The notes beneath the pieces are model-generated. The model worked only from the letters and a program-made list of their open reading frames with translations, was not told the DNA's origin and searched no databases. A stretch of DNA of 64,000 bases from an uncultured Pelagibacteraceae bacterium (lineage in GTDB: Bacteria; Pseudomonadota; Alphaproteobacteria; Pelagibacterales; AG-422-B15): the NCBI GenBank assembly GCA_902547315.1, contig CACCND010000005.1, forward strand, positions 20,841-84,840, read 5' to 3'. Positions within the stretch are counted from its first letter, which is position 1. Every line of letters begins with the position of its first letter. The translations under genes were made by a program, and so were the position numbers. Shown here piece by piece: positions 15,684-25,775 of this stretch.

Positions 15684-17042
15684 ATGTACGAAAATATAAG
15701 TAAAATTGTTCAATATAAAAATACAATAACCAGGAAATATATTTCAATCTCAGATAATGAAATAGATCCATTGCCAAAAGAAAAGTATTGGATTTCAAAA
15801 AAATATGATGGTCAACTATGGTTTTATTGCAAATCAGAGAATTCTTCTAAAATAATAAATACAAGTGAACGGGACATTTCAGATATTGTAATTGATATAA
15901 AAAATGAGCTAGACCAAAAATCAAAAAAATTAAAAAAATTAATTCTTGCTGGAGAACTTTACTCTTTAGAAAATGATCGGGAACGTTACGGTGATACTAT
16001 TTCGTGCCTAAGCAATAAATCCAAAGTAAAACAATTAAGATTTGGTATTTTTGACATTATTTTATCTGATAAATTATTATCAACCTTTGAAGATAAATAT
16101 AATTTTCTAGTTAAAAATATAGGAATTGACAGCCAGCAGCATGCTCATGTGATTGAGCATGTTCATATGGATCAAAAAGATATTAAGAAAATATTTAAGG
16201 ATAAAGTTGAAGTAAACAATGCAGAGGGGATTATAGTTCGGAATGATACTAGTATTTATAAGGTTAAAAATGAAGAAACTGCTGATTTTTTAGTCACAGG
16301 GTATACATTAGATGATAAACCCAATGAGATTAGGTCAATATCACTTGGAGTCTTTCTTAATGAGACAGAAATCGTACATGTTGGATCATGTGGAAATATA
16401 TCAAAGAACTTAAACAAAGATTTATTTAAAAAACTTACTAAAATTAAAACTAACTCTAACTTCCAAAAAATTGCATCGAATGGGTCAGCTTATAATTTCG
16501 TTAAACCAGAAGTAGTTTGTGAAATAAAATTGTTAGATTTTCAAGGCGATAAGTCAAATGATGATCCAATTAGGCACCTAAAGTTTGAATATTTAAATAA
16601 CTCGTTAAACGCTACAGGAAGAGCAAGGTCAATTTCAATATTAAATAGTACCTTGATAAATATTCGAGCAGACAAAGACGCCAGCTTTGATGACTGTGGA
16701 CTTGAACAACTATCAAAAATAACTGGAATGAATAAAGATCAATTTGAGGAACTCACAATTGATGAAATACCTAAAAGCAAATTAATCAAAAAAGAAATTT
16801 TAAAAAAAGAGAGTAAAAAAGGGATAGCAATTAAGAAGTTCATGTTTTGGAAAACAAATAAAGAGCAAGTAGCTGATTACCCATCATATCTTTGTTATTA
16901 TCTTGATTATTCTGAGGGCAGAGGTGATCCCATAAAGAGAAAAATGTATCCTTTTGAAGATGAAAAATTAGGCATAGCTTACTTTGGAAACCTAGTTGAA
17001 AGTAATTTTAAGAAAGGTTGGGAGAAACATAATGGCGCGTGA
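15684..17042 (+). CDS. ATP-dependent DNA ligase family protein with an extra C-terminal domain
   Basis: Motif I is KYDGQL, III is LAGELY, IIIa is FGIFDI, IV is EGIIVR, and V is YKVKNEETADFLVTGY. OB-fold signatures are SISLGVF...VHVGSCGN and FVKPEVVCEIK. A further ~120 aa contain no recognisable motif. Confidence 0.8.
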   Translation: MYENISKIVQYKNTITRKYISISDNEIDPLPKEKYWISKKYDGQLWFYCKSENSSKIINTSERDISDIVIDIKNELDQKSKKLKKLILAGELYSLENDRERYGDTISCLSNKSKVKQLRFGIFDIILSDKLLSTFEDKYNFLVKNIGIDSQQHAHVIEHVHMDQKDIKKIFKDKVEVNNAEGIIVRNDTSIYKVKNEETADFLVTGYTLDDKPNEIRSISLGVFLNETEIVHVGSCGNISKNLNKDLFKKLTKIKTNSNFQKIASNGSAYNFVKPEVVCEIKLLDFQGDKSNDDPIRHLKFEYLNNSLNATGRARSISILNSTLINIRADKDASFDDCGLEQLSKITGMNKDQFEELTIDEIPKSKLIKKEILKKESKKGIAIKKFMFWKTNKEQVADYPSYLCYYLDYSEGRGDPIKRKMYPFEDEKLGIAYFGNLVESNFKKGWEKHNGA

Positions 17043-17631
17043 ACTTATCCTTAGTCTCAACAGAAAAAGCTCAACTTTTGCAATCTCTAAAGTCGATAGA
17101 AAAAAATTGTATGGATATAAGAAGAGAACTTATCTTGACGAAAAAGGAATTGAATGTTCGAGGGCTAATTTAGAAGAGGAAACTGGAATTGTATTTGAAA
17201 GTGGTGATTATAATAGCTGTTATCTTGATAATAATGGTAATTTTATTGAAACAAAAAATCTAGAAGCGATAGATGACAAAGGAAAAGTCGTCAATCGCAA
17301 AGAATCTACTTTAGGAAAAGAAGTTGAGTTATCAAATTTATCTGTTGAGGATGCCCTAAATTTGAAGGTCAATTCAGTATATTTACTAGAACCGAAGGAG
17401 TTTGATAAGGATTTGAAGTCAAAGCTAGACGAAGGGGAAATATATAGTTTTCCATTTAATTACTATGCTGATTTTAAATTAGAAGATGCATTAATTCTTA
17501 AAGGTGAAAAGGATTATTATGCACTTATAGGCAGAAAAACAGAATGTACTTGGATGGGTGAAGATAATGATAATCTACCTAATGAGGTTGAAGAATTTGA
17601 AGACGATGATTTAGATTTTGAGATGATGTAA
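17032..17631 (+). CDS. hypothetical protein with an SSB-like acidic C-terminal tail
   Basis: I chose the start at 17032 (MARELIL...): it has GGGAGA upstream and overlaps the ligase stop by 11 nt. The protein ends EEFEDDDLDFEMM (compare the SSB C-terminus DDDIPF). Confidence 0.5.
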   Translation: MARELILSLNRKSSTFAISKVDRKKLYGYKKRTYLDEKGIECSRANLEEETGIVFESGDYNSCYLDNNGNFIETKNLEAIDDKGKVVNRKESTLGKEVELSNLSVEDALNLKVNSVYLLEPKEFDKDLKSKLDEGEIYSFPFNYYADFKLEDALILKGEKDYYALIGRKTECTWMGEDNDNLPNEVEEFEDDDLDFEMM

Positions 17632-18332
17632 TGACAACTGCACTTAAAGAAATACATATAGAAAATGAAAAAAAAAGAGATGCCAATGTTAAGTTTGTCT
17701 CATTGATCAGGGAAAGTGACCCAAAACTAGCCCATCAGAAAAAAGTAGTAAGAAGTAAAAGATTATTAATTGGTAGTGATCAGACTTCAGAAAATAATCT
17801 TGTGGAAAAATATAAGGACAGTTTAGTAGACAATATATTAAGTAATGATGTTGATATCGATATAGAATTAGCGGGTAAGTTTATAGGAGATACAGATAGA
17901 ATTTTATTCAATTCAAAAAATGAAATTCTCTATTATCCGCCTAAAACTAAAGAAGTGTTGTTTGATAAAGAAGGAAATGAGATAAAAAAACAAGATCCTA
18001 AGGAAATAATTCCAAATGTTAGAGATGATACACCACCCCTTAAATGGACTGGTAAATTTTTTAAAAGAAACGATGTATTAAAAAAATTTGTAATTAATAA
18101 AAGTATTCAATTAAGACATACTGATGGATTAACTTTTGAATTTTTATACGATATGGCAAAAACACTAGATGATAAACAAAGTCTGATGTTTTTAGGAGGT
18201 GGTAAATCTGGAAAGGAACCTTTGATTTTTCAAACAAATGGAAGCCCTTATCGGGGATTTTTGGATGGGAGAATAAATAAAAATAAATATCAATTAATTT
18301 TAAGATTAAGCAATATGGAATTAAAAAGGTAG
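17631..18332 (+). CDS. hypothetical protein (233 aa), last gene of the module
   Basis: Its start overlaps the preceding stop (TAATG). No recognisable catalytic motif; GGGKSGKE is not a valid Walker A. Confidence 0.5.
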   Translation: MTTALKEIHIENEKKRDANVKFVSLIRESDPKLAHQKKVVRSKRLLIGSDQTSENNLVEKYKDSLVDNILSNDVDIDIELAGKFIGDTDRILFNSKNEILYYPPKTKEVLFDKEGNEIKKQDPKEIIPNVRDDTPPLKWTGKFFKRNDVLKKFVINKSIQLRHTDGLTFEFLYDMAKTLDDKQSLMFLGGGKSGKEPLIFQTNGSPYRGFLDGRINKNKYQLILRLSNMELKR

Positions 18333-18493
18333 CTATGATTAGACGAATTAACTGACATTTTAATCTAACTATGTAAAATTTTTATATAAACAAAACAGAT
18401 AAAAAAATTTATAGAATTTTCCTTTCATTCATTAAATGTTATAGCTCCAACCCCAAGCTCAAAATTATTTCTTAGTTCTGTAAGCCCTTTAGG

Positions 18494-20692
18494 TCAAAAT
18501 TCATTGAACCATTTTGTATGGTGGTCAATTAAGCTTGATAATTCAATCTCTCCAATTGAATTAATTGAGATAGATGTTCCTCCAATTTCTCCAATTCTTT
18601 CTATTTTGACCGCACTCTTGTTTGCGTCAACTTCTATTTGTTCAAGTTTATTTTGTGAGACCTCAACCAGGTACCTAGCTTGATCCTCGCCAAAAAAGAA
18701 TCCGTGAAGAAAATCTTTTGTTATATCAATTTTTATACCTTGCATACCTGAAATGCACATTTCAGCAATTGCAACAAGGACACCGCCTTCACCAACATCA
18801 TGAACAGATTTAAGTAATTTCTTAGCGACGCAATCTAAAATGAATTTTCCATTTTTTAATTCATCATCCAAATTAATTGACGGTGTACCGCCGTCTTCTC
18901 TACTTTGTATGATTGAGAGATAATGACTATTGCCTAAATGATTGTTGCTTTCCCCAATGAGGCATAAAACATTACCCTCATTTTTAAGATCTATTGTCAT
19001 TGTATTAGATAAATCTCTAATTAGTCCAACTCCACCAATAGCGGGAGTAGGATAAATCCCTTCACCGTTAGTTTCATTATAGAGTGATACATTTCCTGAA
19101 ATGACAGGGTAATTAAGCTTACTGCAAGCATCTCCCATGCCACGAATGCATTCTACAAATTGTCCCATGATTTCTGGCTTTTCAGGATTTCCAAAATTCA
19201 TACAATCTGTAATTGCAATTGGCTCAGCTCCGGATGCAACAATATTACGCCAAGTTTCAACAACCGCATGCTTTCCTCCTTCATAGGAATTGTGTCTGCA
19301 GTAGGTGGGTGAACAGTCTGTACTGATCGCTATTCCTTTGTTGGTTCCATGCACTCTGACAACAGCTGCATCAGAACCAGGTCGTACAACTGTATCTGCC
19401 ATAACCATGTGATCATATTGTTCCCATATCCATTTTCTGCTGCATAAATTTGGATGACTGATCATTTTTAATAAATCGCTTAAGATATCTTTATCTTCAA
19501 AATCCTTACTTTCGAAACTAATTAGGGGAGAAGGGTCATTGACAATATAATCTCGCTGATACTCTGGCGCATCCTCTACCAAAATATTAATTGGTATACT
19601 TGCCTGCTCTTCACCATCCATATGCAATATTAATTTTTTTGTATCTGTAACTTCACCAATCACTTCAAATTCAAGATCCCATTTTTTAAAAATGCTTCGG
19701 GCAAGTTCCTCTTTTTTGGGCTGAATAACCATTAGCATTCTTTCCTGACTTTCTGAAAGCATGAGCTCGTAGGCAGTCATGTTAGCCGCTCGCATAGGAA
19801 CTTTAGACAAATTTATATCAATCCCTACATTTCCTTTGGATGCCATCTCAATTGATGATGAAGTTAAACCTGCAGCTCCCATATCTTGAATTGCTATAAT
19901 TGCATCCTCTTTCATGAGTTCTAGACAAGCCTCAAGTAATAGTTTTTCAGTAAAAGGATCGCCTACTTGAACAGTGGGTTTTTTTTCTTCAGAGTCATCA
20001 TCAAATTCTGCTGATGCCATAGTTGCACCATGAATACCATCTCTACCTGTTTTTGAACCAACATACACTACTGGATTTCCTATTCCTGCAGCCGCTGAAT
20101 AGAAAATTTTATCTTTTTTTGCGATGCCAACCGTCATAGCATTAACCAATATATTGCCGTTGTAGGATGGATGAAAGTTTACTTCACCTCCAACAGTTGG
20201 AATTCCAATACAATTTCCATAACCTCCGATGCCACCGACAACGCCTGAGACTAAATGCTTTGTTTTTGGATGATTGGGATCTCCAAATCGAAGTGCATTC
20301 ATATTTGCTACAGGTCTTGCACCCATAGTAAAAACATCTCTTAAAATACCACCTACACCAGTTGCAGCTCCCTGGTAAGGCTCTAGAAATGAAGGATGAT
20401 TATGACTTTCCATTTTGAAAACAGCAACATCTCCATCATCAATATCAATCACACCTGCGTTTTCACCTGGTCCTTGGATAACTCGTTCCCCTGAGGTTGG
20501 TAATTTTTTTAGCCAATATTTAGACGATTTATAGGAGCAATGTTCATTCCACATTGCACTAAATATTCCAAGTTCAGTAAGATTTGGTTCACGCCCAAGG
20601 CCCTCAACAATTTTTTCAAACTCATCAAGCTTAAGACCGTGACTTTCTACAAGTGATTTTTCTGTATCAAACTGCCAATTGGATGAGGTCAT
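18494..20692 (-). CDS. purL: phosphoribosylformylglycinamidine synthase subunit PurL
   Basis: 732 aa; [16 protein letters not shown] and other FGAM synthase II signatures. Confidence 0.95.
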   Translation of the reverse strand: MTSSNWQFDTEKSLVESHGLKLDEFEKIVEGLGREPNLTELGIFSAMWNEHCSYKSSKYWLKKLPTSGERVIQGPGENAGVIDIDDGDVAVFKMESHNHPSFLEPYQGAATGVGGILRDVFTMGARPVANMNALRFGDPNHPKTKHLVSGVVGGIGGYGNCIGIPTVGGEVNFHPSYNGNILVNAMTVGIAKKDKIFYSAAAGIGNPVVYVGSKTGRDGIHGATMASAEFDDDSEEKKPTVQVGDPFTEKLLLEACLELMKEDAIIAIQDMGAAGLTSSSIEMASKGNVGIDINLSKVPMRAANMTAYELMLSESQERMLMVIQPKKEELARSIFKKWDLEFEVIGEVTDTKKLILHMDGEEQASIPINILVEDAPEYQRDYIVNDPSPLISFESKDFEDKDILSDLLKMISHPNLCSRKWIWEQYDHMVMADTVVRPGSDAAVVRVHGTNKGIAISTDCSPTYCRHNSYEGGKHAVVETWRNIVASGAEPIAITDCMNFGNPEKPEIMGQFVECIRGMGDACSKLNYPVISGNVSLYNETNGEGIYPTPAIGGVGLIRDLSNTMTIDLKNEGNVLCLIGESNNHLGNSHYLSIIQSREDGGTPSINLDDELKNGKFILDCVAKKLLKSVHDVGEGGVLVAIAEMCISGMQGIKIDITKDFLHGFFFGEDQARYLVEVSQNKLEQIEVDANKSAVKIERIGEIGGTSISINSIGEIELSSLIDHHTKWFNEF

Positions 20693-21363
20693 TAACTTAG
20701 AAGACTTTCAAAAATATTTCTTCCATCATCACACCCATGAATGCTTTCAGCTGCTCTTTCGGGGTGGGGCATCATACCTAGTACATTTTTGCTTTTGTTG
20801 AACACCCCGGCAATATTATTTATTGATCCATTTGGATTTGAATGGGAATTGATATCTCCATTTTCGTCACAGTATTGGAAGGCAATTTGATCGTTATCTT
20901 CTATTTCTTTTATCTGATTACTGTTGGCAAAATAATTTCCCTCGTTGTGAGCTATTGGCATTTTCGAAATAGTGGATTTATTAGTAAATATGGTTTTCGT
21001 ATTTGTTGGTTTAATTATTATGTCGCGACATATAAAACTTAAACTACTATTTCTCATTAGTGCACCTTGAAGAAGACCACTTTCAATTAGAATTTGAAAT
21101 CCATTACAAATTCCCATTACTGGCACTCCTTTATTTGCATTTTCAATCACACTTTTCATGATAGGTGACGTTGATGCCATCGCGCCACATCGTAAATAAT
21201 CACCATAAGAAAACCCACCTGGAACAACAATCAAATCTGATTGATTTATTGTCGAGTCTTTGTGCCAAACCATTTCAGGTGAAGAGCCAATAATGTTTTG
21301 AATTGCAACAGCTACATCTCTGTCGCAGTTCGAACCTGGGAAAACAATTACATGTGTCTTCAT
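20692..21363 (-). CDS. purQ: phosphoribosylformylglycinamidine synthase glutaminase subunit PurQ
   Basis: 223 aa; GICNGFQ catalytic Cys and MMPHPER. Confidence 0.95.
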   Translation of the reverse strand: MKTHVIVFPGSNCDRDVAVAIQNIIGSSPEMVWHKDSTINQSDLIVVPGGFSYGDYLRCGAMASTSPIMKSVIENANKGVPVMGICNGFQILIESGLLQGALMRNSSLSFICRDIIIKPTNTKTIFTNKSTISKMPIAHNEGNYFANSNQIKEIEDNDQIAFQYCDENGDINSHSNPNGSINNIAGVFNKSKNVLGMMPHPERAAESIHGCDDGRNIFESLLS

Positions 21364-21606
21364 TTAATTTTCAATTTCTACTGAGTAGTCTTCAATAACT
21401 AAGTTAGCCAATAATTTCTCACACATATCATTACACTGCTTCTCAGCTTCCTCTTTAGTGTTACTGTTGATTTCAAGTTCTATGAATTTTCCCTGTCTGA
21501 CATCATTAACGTTGTCGAATCCAAGAGATTTCAGTGAATTTGCAATAACTGAGCCTTGAGGATCAAGTACGTCTTTTTTTAATGTGATATGAATTTTGGC
21601 AAGCAT
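21364..21606 (-). CDS. purS: phosphoribosylformylglycinamidine synthase subunit PurS
   Basis: 80 aa; VLDPQG motif and its position between purC and purQ. Confidence 0.9.
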   Translation of the reverse strand: MLAKIHITLKKDVLDPQGSVIANSLKSLGFDNVNDVRQGKFIELEINSNTKEEAEKQCNDMCEKLLANLVIEDYSVEIEN

Positions 21607-21612
21607 TAGACT

Positions 21613-22332
21613 TTAATGCACGATTCCTAATCTTGAGGCAACCTCCTCATATGCACTTAACAAACTGCCGAGGTTTCTTCTGAACACATCCTTATCAAGT
21701 TTCTTGTTAGTTTTTTTATCCCATAATCGACAAGAATCTGGACTTATTTCATCAGCTAAAACAATTTTTTTGGGGTTTGATGAGAGTCTCCCGAATTCAA
21801 TTTTAAAATCTACAAGTATGATATTCTTTTTGAGAAAAAGATTTCTTAAGTGTTTATTAATTTGAAGAGACATTTTATCTATTTTTTTCAGCTCAGAGTT
21901 TGTTGCCCAGCCAAAAGTGATAAGGTGATCTCTTGAAATCATTGGATCATCCAAACTGTCTTCTTTGTAATAATATTCTAGTAAGGGTTTTTTAAGTTTT
22001 AATCCTTCTTTAATCCCTAATTTTTTAGCAATAGAGCCAGCTGTTATATTTCTTACAACAAATTCAATCGGAATAATTTCACATTTTTTTATAAGTTGCT
22101 CACGGTCATTTAGCTTTTCTTCAAAATGTGTTGGGATGCGTTTTGACTTAAGGTACTGCATTATGTGTGCAGAAATATGATTGTTTAGTACGCCTTTGCC
22201 TTTAAAAATTTTATGTTTCTTTTTATTATAGGCTGTAGCATCGTCTTTAAAAATTTGAATGAGTGTGTTTTTTTTAGGCCCTTTAATAATTTTTTTAGCC
22301 TTACCTTCATATAAAGTTTTAGATGATCTCAT
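21613..22332 (-). CDS. purC: phosphoribosylaminoimidazole-succinocarboxamide (SAICAR) synthase
   Basis: 239 aa; LYEGKAK, IPIEFVVRN and LADEISPDSCRLWD. Confidence 0.95.
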   Translation of the reverse strand: MRSSKTLYEGKAKKIIKGPKKNTLIQIFKDDATAYNKKKHKIFKGKGVLNNHISAHIMQYLKSKRIPTHFEEKLNDREQLIKKCEIIPIEFVVRNITAGSIAKKLGIKEGLKLKKPLLEYYYKEDSLDDPMISRDHLITFGWATNSELKKIDKMSLQINKHLRNLFLKKNIILVDFKIEFGRLSSNPKKIVLADEISPDSCRLWDKKTNKKLDKDVFRRNLGSLLSAYEEVASRLGIVH

Positions 22333-22404
22333 TGCAGGTAATAAAAATATTTGTTAAGATAAGTACTTAAATTAAATTAAATTCATTCAAAAGTACAAAA
22401 AATC

Positions 22405-22734
22405 ATGAAAAAACTTGATGAGAGAAAAAAAGGTTTCGAGGGTAAGTTTGCTCGTGACCAGGAACTAGAGTTTAAAATATTAGCCCGTAGAAATAAGTAT
22501 TTAGGTGTGTGGGCAGCTGAAAAATTAGGCATATCAGGGCCGGCTGTTGAAGAGTATTTTGCAGAGGTTGTAAAATCAGATCTTGAAGAAGACGGGGATA
22601 TGGATGTTTTCAGAAAGGTTAGAAAGGACTTTGACGATAAGGGTATTTCAATTTCAGACGACGAATTAAGACAAAGTATGGATCAATTTTTACTTCAAGC
22701 AAAAGAAGAAATTATTGGTAAAGACAACATATAA
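22405..22734 (+). CDS. DUF1476 protein (alphaproteobacterial F1-ATPase inhibitor zeta-subunit family)
   Basis: DERKKGFEGKFARDQELEFKILARRNKYLGVWAAEKLG matches the DUF1476 pattern. Confidence 0.7.
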   Translation: MKKLDERKKGFEGKFARDQELEFKILARRNKYLGVWAAEKLGISGPAVEEYFAEVVKSDLEEDGDMDVFRKVRKDFDDKGISISDDELRQSMDQFLLQAKEEIIGKDNI

Positions 22735-22742
22735 GAGTTTTT

Positions 22743-22982
22743 ATGAAGTATCAGTTTGCCCAAAAAAAGAAAAAGTCGGTAAAAAAGAAAGTAACCAAAA
22801 AAAAGAAGCAAGTTACTAAAAAAAGGGTTGTTAAGAAATCAACAAAGAAAAAATCAGTTAATAAAAAGAAAGCTTCTTTAGTGGATATGATTGATCGTTC
22901 TAATTATGTCGTATTTTACTATGCAGGTGCCTATGCGCTGATTTTTGGTTTATTTGCAGTCGCAATTTATTATTCAAATTAA
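22743..22982 (+). CDS. small tail-anchored protein with an extremely Lys-rich N-terminal half
   Basis: 79 aa. About half of residues 8-44 are Lys, and there is a C-terminal TM helix (VVFYYAGAYALIFGLFAVAIYY). Confidence 0.5.
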   Translation: MKYQFAQKKKKSVKKKVTKKKKQVTKKRVVKKSTKKKSVNKKKASLVDMIDRSNYVVFYYAGAYALIFGLFAVAIYYSN

Positions 22983-22983
22983 A

Positions 22984-24276
22984 TTACTTAAAAACTTTTT
23001 TGAAAATATAGTCAGTTCTGCGAGCGGCATGTTTTAAATCTAAAATTTTTGATATTTCTTTTTTGCTTAGGTATTTTTTTAATTCTTCATCTTTGTTAAG
23101 TATTACTTCAAAATCTGTATTCGTTTTCCAAACTTCCATGGCATTACGTTGAACTATCTTGTACGCATTTTCTCGCGATAAACCTTTTTGTGTCATTGCC
23201 AGCATCAAACCCTCAGACATTGGCAATTTTTTTAATCTATCTAAATTATTTTTCATATTTTTTGGATATACAACAAGATTTGATATCACATTATTCATTC
23301 GCGAAAGTGCAAAGTCGATTATAATATTTGCATCTGGCGCCATTATTCTCTCTACACTTGAATGAGATATATCTCTTTCATGCCAAAGAGTAATATTTTC
23401 TAAAGCAGGAACCGTGTAACCTCTTATGAGTCTTGCCAGTCCGGTTAAATTTTCAGTCAGAACCGGGTTTCTTTTATGAGGCATTGCTGATGACCCTTTT
23501 TGTCCTTTTGAAAAAAATTCTTCAACTTCTAGAACTTCAGTTCTTTGTAAATGTCTTATCTCGGTAGCTAAACGTTCAATTGAACTTGCAATTACAGCAA
23601 GAGTATTAAAATATACTGCGTGACGATCTCTTGGAATTATTTGAGTTGAAATCGTTTCTGCTTTCATGCCTAACTTTTTTGCCACGTGCTGTTCAACACG
23701 TGGATCAATATTTGCATAATTGCCAACCGCACCTGAAATCGCACATATATTTATTTCTTCAATTGCTTTTAAAAAACGCTTATGGTTCCTTTGAAATTCT
23801 GCATAAAAAGATGCCATTTTAACTCCAAAGGTTGTGGGTTCCGCATGAATCCCATGACTTCTCCCAATGCAAGGTGTGTTTTTATATTTTATTGCAATCT
23901 TTTTTAATGATTTTAGTAAATTTAATATTTCCTTCTCAATAATGACGGAGGACTGTTTTAGCTGAACATTAAAAGCCGTATCTAAAATATCTGAAGAAGT
24001 TAGACCTTGGTGAAGAAATCTTGCAGGCGGACCCGCGTATTCAGAAATTGTTGTTAAAAAAGCAATTACATCGTGTTTCACTTTTTTTTCAATTTGATCA
24101 ATTCTATTTTCATTAATCTTTGCTTTTGATCTAATTTTTTTACTTGTTCCCTTTGGAACAGTTCCTAATTTCTCCATGGCTTCGCAAGCATAGAGCTCAA
24201 TATCAAGCCATATTTTAAATTTAGAGTTAGAGCTCCAAACGTCAGTCATCTCGGCTCTAGAATAACGAGGGATCAT
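22984..24276 (-). CDS. purB: adenylosuccinate lyase
   Basis: 430 aa; the SSAMPHKRNP signature of the fumarate-lyase family, PurB type. Confidence 0.95.
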   Translation of the reverse strand: MIPRYSRAEMTDVWSSNSKFKIWLDIELYACEAMEKLGTVPKGTSKKIRSKAKINENRIDQIEKKVKHDVIAFLTTISEYAGPPARFLHQGLTSSDILDTAFNVQLKQSSVIIEKEILNLLKSLKKIAIKYKNTPCIGRSHGIHAEPTTFGVKMASFYAEFQRNHKRFLKAIEEINICAISGAVGNYANIDPRVEQHVAKKLGMKAETISTQIIPRDRHAVYFNTLAVIASSIERLATEIRHLQRTEVLEVEEFFSKGQKGSSAMPHKRNPVLTENLTGLARLIRGYTVPALENITLWHERDISHSSVERIMAPDANIIIDFALSRMNNVISNLVVYPKNMKNNLDRLKKLPMSEGLMLAMTQKGLSRENAYKIVQRNAMEVWKTNTDFEVILNKDEELKKYLSKKEISKILDLKHAARRTDYIFKKVFK

Positions 24277-24300
24277 ATAAGTATGTTTTTAATCTTTAAT

Positions 24301-25071
24301 TTACGGTTTATCAAGCCCAGCAGGTGATTTTGTAAAAATTTCTACACCATCTTTGGTAATGCCAATACTATGCTCAAATTGTGCTGACAAACTTTTATCT
24401 TTTGTAACAGCCGTCCAACCATCGCCTAACATTCTAACATCATATTTCCCAAAATTTATCATCGGTTCCACTGTAAAAAACATGCCCGGTTCAATTCTTT
24501 CACCTTTGCCTTTATCCCCGTAGTGAAGAATGTTTGGAAACTCATGAAAAACTTTTCCTAGTCCGTGACCACAAAAATCACGAACAACACTATAGTTTTG
24601 TTTTTCTGCATATGTTTGAATTGCATTGCCAATATCACCTAATGTTGCATCAGGTTGAGCAGCATTGATGCCTTCATGCATTGCTTGAAAAGTGCAATCA
24701 ATTAATTTTTGTGCTTTGGCATTTATTTTTCCAACAGGAAACATGCGGCTTGTATCGCCATGCCAGCCATCAACAATTACGGTTACATCGATATTAACAA
24801 TATCTCCATTTTCTAAAATTCTTGATGAAGGAATTCCATGACATATTACGTGATTAATTGAAGTACAAACTGACTTAGGATAGCCCTTATAAAATAAAGG
24901 GGCAATAAGGCCCCCATGACGAACTATGTAATCAAATGCAATATTATCTAACTCTTCAGTGGAAACACCTGGTTTTACTTTTTCAACAAGTAGATCCAAT
25001 GTAGATGCTGCAAGATTACCTGCTTTTCGCATTCCTTCAAAATCATCAGAACTATGAATAGTGTTATTCAA
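24301..25071 (-). CDS. map: type I methionine aminopeptidase
   Basis: 256 aa; metal-ligand motifs (DVTVIVDGWHGD, HGLG, FTVEP, EH). Confidence 0.95.
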   Translation of the reverse strand: MNNTIHSSDDFEGMRKAGNLAASTLDLLVEKVKPGVSTEELDNIAFDYIVRHGGLIAPLFYKGYPKSVCTSINHVICHGIPSSRILENGDIVNIDVTVIVDGWHGDTSRMFPVGKINAKAQKLIDCTFQAMHEGINAAQPDATLGDIGNAIQTYAEKQNYSVVRDFCGHGLGKVFHEFPNILHYGDKGKGERIEPGMFFTVEPMINFGKYDVRMLGDGWTAVTKDKSLSAQFEHSIGITKDGVEIFTKSPAGLDKP

Positions 25072-25769
25072 TTTAATATCTTTATTTTTTTATTAACACT
25101 TATACCATTTTTATCAAAAGAACAGTCATAACATAAAGGCTCAACACCCATTTTTTTAACCTTCTTAAAAGTATCTGCATATTTAGTATCAATATCTGCA
25201 GCGATCTTAAACTTACTGCAATCGTCTCGTTGGACTAAGAAAAGCATGACCGCTCTTACAGATTTGGTTGGAAGAGTGGAAAGCTCATTTAAATGCTTTA
25301 ATCCTCTTTCAGTGACTGCATCAGGAAATTCTGCAATTGATTTGTCTCTCGATAAAGTAACGTTTTTAACTTCTACGTATATTTCTTCTTTTTTTGTTTG
25401 AACTAAGAAGTCAATTCTAGAATTTTGTCCATATTTAACTTCTCTTTTGAATGATAAAATTTTACCTAACTCTGAAATTTTGCCATTGCTTATTGCCTCT
25501 TCAACAATTCGATTAGCTTGATGAGTATTTACTCCGACCATTGCTCCGTTTGATTGAATTGCCTCTAAAGTAAATTTTAGTTTTCGGTTTGGGTCATCAG
25601 CTTCTGTTAAATAGACTAAATTATCTTTTTCAAGAAGTCCCATCATAGAGCCTGTATTAGGACAATGAGCTGTGACAATTTTTTTACTATCAAGTTGAAC
25701 ATCTACAAAAAATCTCTTATATCTCTTTATGAATTTGCCAGTGAGGAAATTTTTAGAGTTTTTTGACAT
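25068..25769 (-). CDS. sfsA: SfsA-family (sugar fermentation stimulation) DNA-binding / nuclease-like protein
   Basis: 233 aa; RYKRFFVDV...AHCPNTGSM and VEVKNV are SfsA signatures. Confidence 0.85.
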   Translation of the reverse strand: MSKNSKNFLTGKFIKRYKRFFVDVQLDSKKIVTAHCPNTGSMMGLLEKDNLVYLTEADDPNRKLKFTLEAIQSNGAMVGVNTHQANRIVEEAISNGKISELGKILSFKREVKYGQNSRIDFLVQTKKEEIYVEVKNVTLSRDKSIAEFPDAVTERGLKHLNELSTLPTKSVRAVMLFLVQRDDCSKFKIAADIDTKYADTFKKVKKMGVEPLCYDCSFDKNGISVNKKIKILN

Positions 25770-25775
25770 AAGATT

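Noticed and set aside
17631-18332. Possible P-loop (GGGKSGKE) in the last gene of the module
   Set aside because: It does not satisfy GxxxxGK[ST] because Glu follows the Lys, and no Walker B-like motif follows.
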